DNA of 36,865 nucleotides from Pelomyxa schiedti (lineage: Eukaryota; Protista; Evosea): assembly GCA_020536535.1 (NCBI GenBank), contig JAHLWZ010000966.1, positions 1 to 36,865 of the forward strand. The letters run 5' to 3'. The notes beneath the pieces were generated by a model. It saw only the letters and a program-made list of their open reading frames with translations. It did not search any database and was not told the DNA's origin. The position numbers were made by a program, and so were the translations under genes. Of the stretch, positions 33,109 to 36,865 are shown piece after piece; positions within the stretch are counted from its first letter, which is position 1, and each line of letters starts with the position of its first letter.

Positions 33109-34473
33109 TTAACACTTGGTGTGTATGATGGAAGGCCCACATGAACTGTATTCCTCTTTGGTAACGCACATCCCGGGAAAGGACCCAAGACTGGCAACAA
33201 TGGAACCGCCAAGCCAAGCGGAACAGGCACGTTCCTCGGGAGCCACGACTTTAACCTTGAGAGACACGGGGGCCAGCGTGGGTGCCAGTGTACCCATTTC
33301 CTTCCGCATGCGTTCTTTCATGTTGGGAAACAGAGTGCTGCCTCCTCTAGAATGGATATCAATTGTTTGTGCGGTAAATGGAGAGATGGTGCATACGAAA
33401 GTACAATATTCCCGTAAAGCTTCCCTCTTACTTCGGGGTCACACTGTTTTATTGCCTCGTAACACAGTTCATGCAACCCCAATGCACATCCACAATTCCC
33501 TTTCATCCCACGGATATTGGGTTGGAATAAAGCTTCAGGGCATTTTACACGCTCCACGCCAACAGGGACAAGTCTTCCATCTGGTAGACGATACTTCTCT
33601 GTCCTGACAGGGCCTCTCATTTCCATTTCAAAATTAAGTGAAATCATTCCTAGCTAGAAGGTTTAGTTGTAATTAACCCACATGACATTGGCAACCTTTT
33701 CTTTTATGTCTTCAACGCGTTCTCTTAAGAATAAATGTCCGCATTCTGTCACAAGGGAGAGCATATACTCATTTAACTGAAGTCCTGCTACATCTCCCTT
33801 CATTGATGCATGAACAATTGGTACAGAATCTCGTATTGGAACCACATGCGAGGCCCCATGGCCTACTTCAACAACTGTTCCATCTAGCCTTCCACTGGCA
33901 AACAGCGACAACAGTGTTGTTGTTGATATGCGAAATGTCTGCGCATCAAGAGATTCAAAAGCCAGTTGCGTTAGGCGTTCCCTGCAGGCCCTCGAGTTGA
34001 AAGGCGGTTCACAAATGAGGATGCCACTAGGTGATTGTGATGTCTGATCGTTCTGTGAAATAGAGGTAGTGTTAGTCTCATCATCTTCGTCATCGTTTCC
34101 TTCACTGGCACAACAAGTAATTGCGTGCTTTGCTAGATGCTCCATTGTCGCCCAGTCCTGTATCACGCCTCGTTGAACAGGCCAAATTGCGTCTCTGTGC
34201 TTTCTCGCATCATCGCCAACCACTGTGAATACTGTGAGCTCCAAAGTGGAGGTATTAAAAGTAGCGGCTTTTTTTTTTTGGCAGCGTAATCAATGAATGT
34301 GGCACCATTCTTTTTGCGGTTGTAATTTGTAGTTGTCAGGAGTGTGCGAAATCACCCACAGAACCGCCTGACGTGCGCAATACTGATGGAAACACTGTTG
34401 GCTCGTCATCGCCCGCCAATCCCGCCTTAGAATACAATGACCCAAGATCTACGACACCAACGCCTTCCCGCAT
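33109..34473 (-). CDS. Divergent actin / actin-related protein, multi-exon
   Basis: [65 protein letters not shown] and [28 protein letters not shown]. Confidence 0.88.
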
Positions 34474-34932
34474 CTTCTCGGTTTTTATCGTTTTTTTGAT
34501 CAATCGCCAAATCCACTTTGATCGGGAAAACGCCACTGAGAGCAATTTTATCAAAAACAGAAGCGTTGATGTTTAGTCGTTGATCAGGCATTGCATTTGA
34601 CACATGATTATTTCTATGAACGGACACTCAACCAAATCCGTCGTGTGGCTTGTTAGTTTAGATGAAAAAAATACAACAGAAGAAATGTACACACGAATTT
34701 CGAAACGAAAAAAAACAAGAAAAACAAAAGCAACATCTCAGTAACGCCACATTGCCGACACTCCTACACGCCAACAACCAAGCCAACAAAACAACGACAA
34801 GGAGAAAAACCAAGCCTGTAGGTATTGCAACACTAACACCTGATAAATAAAACCCATAACACACCTTCACTAATACCCCATCACTCCCACACATCCCCGC
34901 CACCTCCAATCGACATCCCTCCCTCCTCTGCC

Positions 34933-36865
34933 ATGCGCAAGCGTTCCAACATAGCATCGCAGAGCCCACCGCTCCCGGCCCCCCCGTCGCCCGCCCGCTC
35001 GCCCTCGCCGTCCCCCTCGCCCCCGCCCCCTCCCCCGCCGCTTCCCTCCACCTCCCCGCCTCCCCCGCTGCTCCTGCACCCAGCAGCCGCCGCCGCCTCG
35101 TCCTCGTCGTCCTCCGCCTCGGGCTCCTACACTCCACATTCCCAACATACACCTCTCCATGATGTGGCCTGGCCTGAAGTTGGTTTTCGACTTCAGGAAG
35201 GTAGGCCATTGTTTTCGTTATGATGCGGTTGTCAGTATTGGGAGGGGAAATTGGCCTTGATTCATCAATTCTTGTTGTTCCTTCCACTTTCGGGAAGGCA
35301 AAGAACAGGGAATCGTTGAAATGTGTGCTTTGTTAACCAGTGGAACATATTGCATAATATGATGGCTGACAGCTTAGGTAGGGTTTTCCACGCCGCAAAG
35401 CTGATGCCATCTGGTCCTGGGGCTGATTTGGATTTGCATGAAAGAATTGCTGCCTCTACATCATCAGGGGTCAACATTGGAATTGGGCCTAGTTTTTTCC
35501 GGTATTTGCTCAGAAGGGTCTTCAGGGCCTCTCCATCTGATGATATCAGACCCAGGAGAGGGGCCCAGAATTCCTTAGTTATTTCATCTTTCCTCAGGGA
35601 GTTACTGGTCAGGTTTTGGGTTGTGGGGTCCAACATTTGAGCATAAAGACTGCTTTTTGCTGGAATCTCAGGGAATGGTGTGCGCTTCTTCTTGGGGATT
35701 TTGATGTCTAATTGGGTTTTAACCCATGTGATTGCCTCTTGTATTTGGTCGAACAGATCTGCTACCTCCTTGTTTCTTTCAATGATGGTCAAGGCTTCTG
35801 TTGCAGATGCTTTCTGCAACTTAAGCAATGCTGAGAGAGTGTCCTGCTGTGTGTTGTTGTGGTTGTTCATCGTTTGCCATGCAGCTTTGGTTAGTAGCCT
35901 CTTGTAGGTCTTCCAGCATGCCACTGGATTGTCAGGGAGGCTTTCTGGAAGGATTCTCAGGAGGTGCAACTTGTATGCTGGGTTTTCAAAAGTCCATCTT
36001 GGGGGTCTGTCCTTGTTCCATTCAGTCTTGATTCTAGTGGTGACTGTCAGCAAGATTGGGAAGTGATCTGAGGCGTTGGATTCCCAGGTGGTAACCTGGG
36101 AAATAAGGTTTTTGGCTTTGGTGCATGCGGCATGATCTAAGGTGTAGCAGGTGCTGTTTTGAATGAATGTAGGAGACTTGGTTTCAACTGGGTGAACATC
36201 CCAGTTTTCCATGGTTGACATTGCTGCTTGTCTCAGGTTTGCTGACCTTTCAAAAGAAGGGTGTTGGTGTTTGAAGAGTGGGATATTGAAATCCCCTATC
36301 AGGATGGTTGCCGATGTGTTACTTGGGGTGTATCTTTTGTTGGTGTGTTCCCAGAAGTCCGCCGCTTCTGGGTGGCCTAAGTATGGGGCATAGACACCGA
36401 TGATGTCTAAGGCTTGATTCTCCCAGAGAATTTGAACCTTGGACATTCGGCCTTCCATCAGGACTTCGGGTTGTGTGGGGTTGAGGGATTTGAGAATCCC
36501 TATTGCCACACCATCTGTGTTGTGGCGTCCGTTCATGAACCACCAGTATTTTGGGTTCAGGTTGGAGGTGTTGTAGTGTGCTTGTTCTGTGGAGTGTGTT
36601 TCTGTAATTACAAGGATATGTGTGTTGATTGCGTTGATTGTGTCTTTGATTTGTTTGAGTTTGGGTGTTGGTGCTGTGGCTAGCCCCTGCACGTTCCACG
36701 ATAATACTCTTAAGCTGGTCATTGCTTATTAGGTGGTTTTATCGGGGGATGAATTGATTTACCTGCAGAAATTGGAAATGCAAAAAAGCACATTGTAACT
36801 TGTACAGTGACCAAAGGACTGAAGGATATAGTTCTACTGGGCTGGGCTGTGATACCACTACAATG
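34933..36865 (+). CDS. Partial gene with Pro/Ser-rich N-terminus and a C2-like domain; long intron 35201-36768
   Basis: Exon ends ...VAWPEVGFRLQE-G|gtaggc and acceptor ctgcag|AA restores the frame: EIGNAKKHIVTCTVTKGLKDIVLLGWAVIPLQ, open to the window end and reminiscent of C2-domain LGxxxIPL strands. Start uncertain. Confidence 0.55.
35201..36722 (-). mobile_element. Truncated non-LTR retrotransposon (LINE, L1/Tx1-like) ORF2: APE endonuclease intact, RT frameshifted and truncated
   Basis: EN motifs SWNVQGL, TETH, GVYAP, GDFN, LDH and SDH. RT-proximal KSAPGPDGI. After a frameshift near 35325: FNDSLFFAFPK..RPISPPNTDNRIITKTMA, then homology stops. No YADD motif or poly(A). Confidence 0.9.

Noticed and set aside
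34658-35287. 209-aa minus-strand ORF as a continuation of the LINE RT
   Set aside because: Only the first ~29 residues are RT-like; the rest is antisense to the Pro-rich host exon.
1-36865. Prokaryotic systems (CRISPR arrays, operons, riboswitches) or an alternative genetic code
   Set aside because: No repeat-spacer arrays or riboswitch cores seen. In-frame stops in conserved genes are explained by short GT-AG introns under the standard code.

Overview
Gene-dense eukaryotic DNA with many short (about 40-60 nt) GT-AG introns, degenerate splice signals and low-complexity protein N-termini. It is most consistent with an amoebozoan, possibly an anaerobic archamoeba such as Pelomyxa; this is inference, not a database result. 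Because the genes are spliced, the six-frame ORF track fragments almost all of them, and exon boundaries here were placed by eye. Genes in order: partial hypothetical protein, intronless SEL1-repeat protein, TRIM-like RING/B-box/coiled-coil/SEL1 protein, UTP14, small membrane protein, CAF-1 large subunit, Rab11-like GTPase, PP1 inhibitor-2, DUSP23-like phosphatase, PepD-type dipeptidase, B12-binding radical SAM enzyme, eIF2B-alpha, GPR107/108-like 7TM protein, small membrane protein, RING/TRAF-zinc-finger/pentapeptide protein, RPL14, divergent actin, and a C2-like gene whose intron is filled by a truncated LINE. The standout is invisible in the ORF track: a divergently transcribed pair of U1 snRNA genes (20772-20931 minus, 21084-21244 plus). 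Each has a Dictyostelium-type upstream element exactly 62 nt before its start. One has the canonical 5' splice-site reader (AUACUUACCUG); the other has a variant (AUACAUACCUG) complementary to GUAUGU donors, and +4 U (GTAT) donors are common in this window. Other highlights are the intron-containing, bacterial-type cobalamin radical SAM enzyme, the LINE-filled intron and a candidate box C/D snoRNA.
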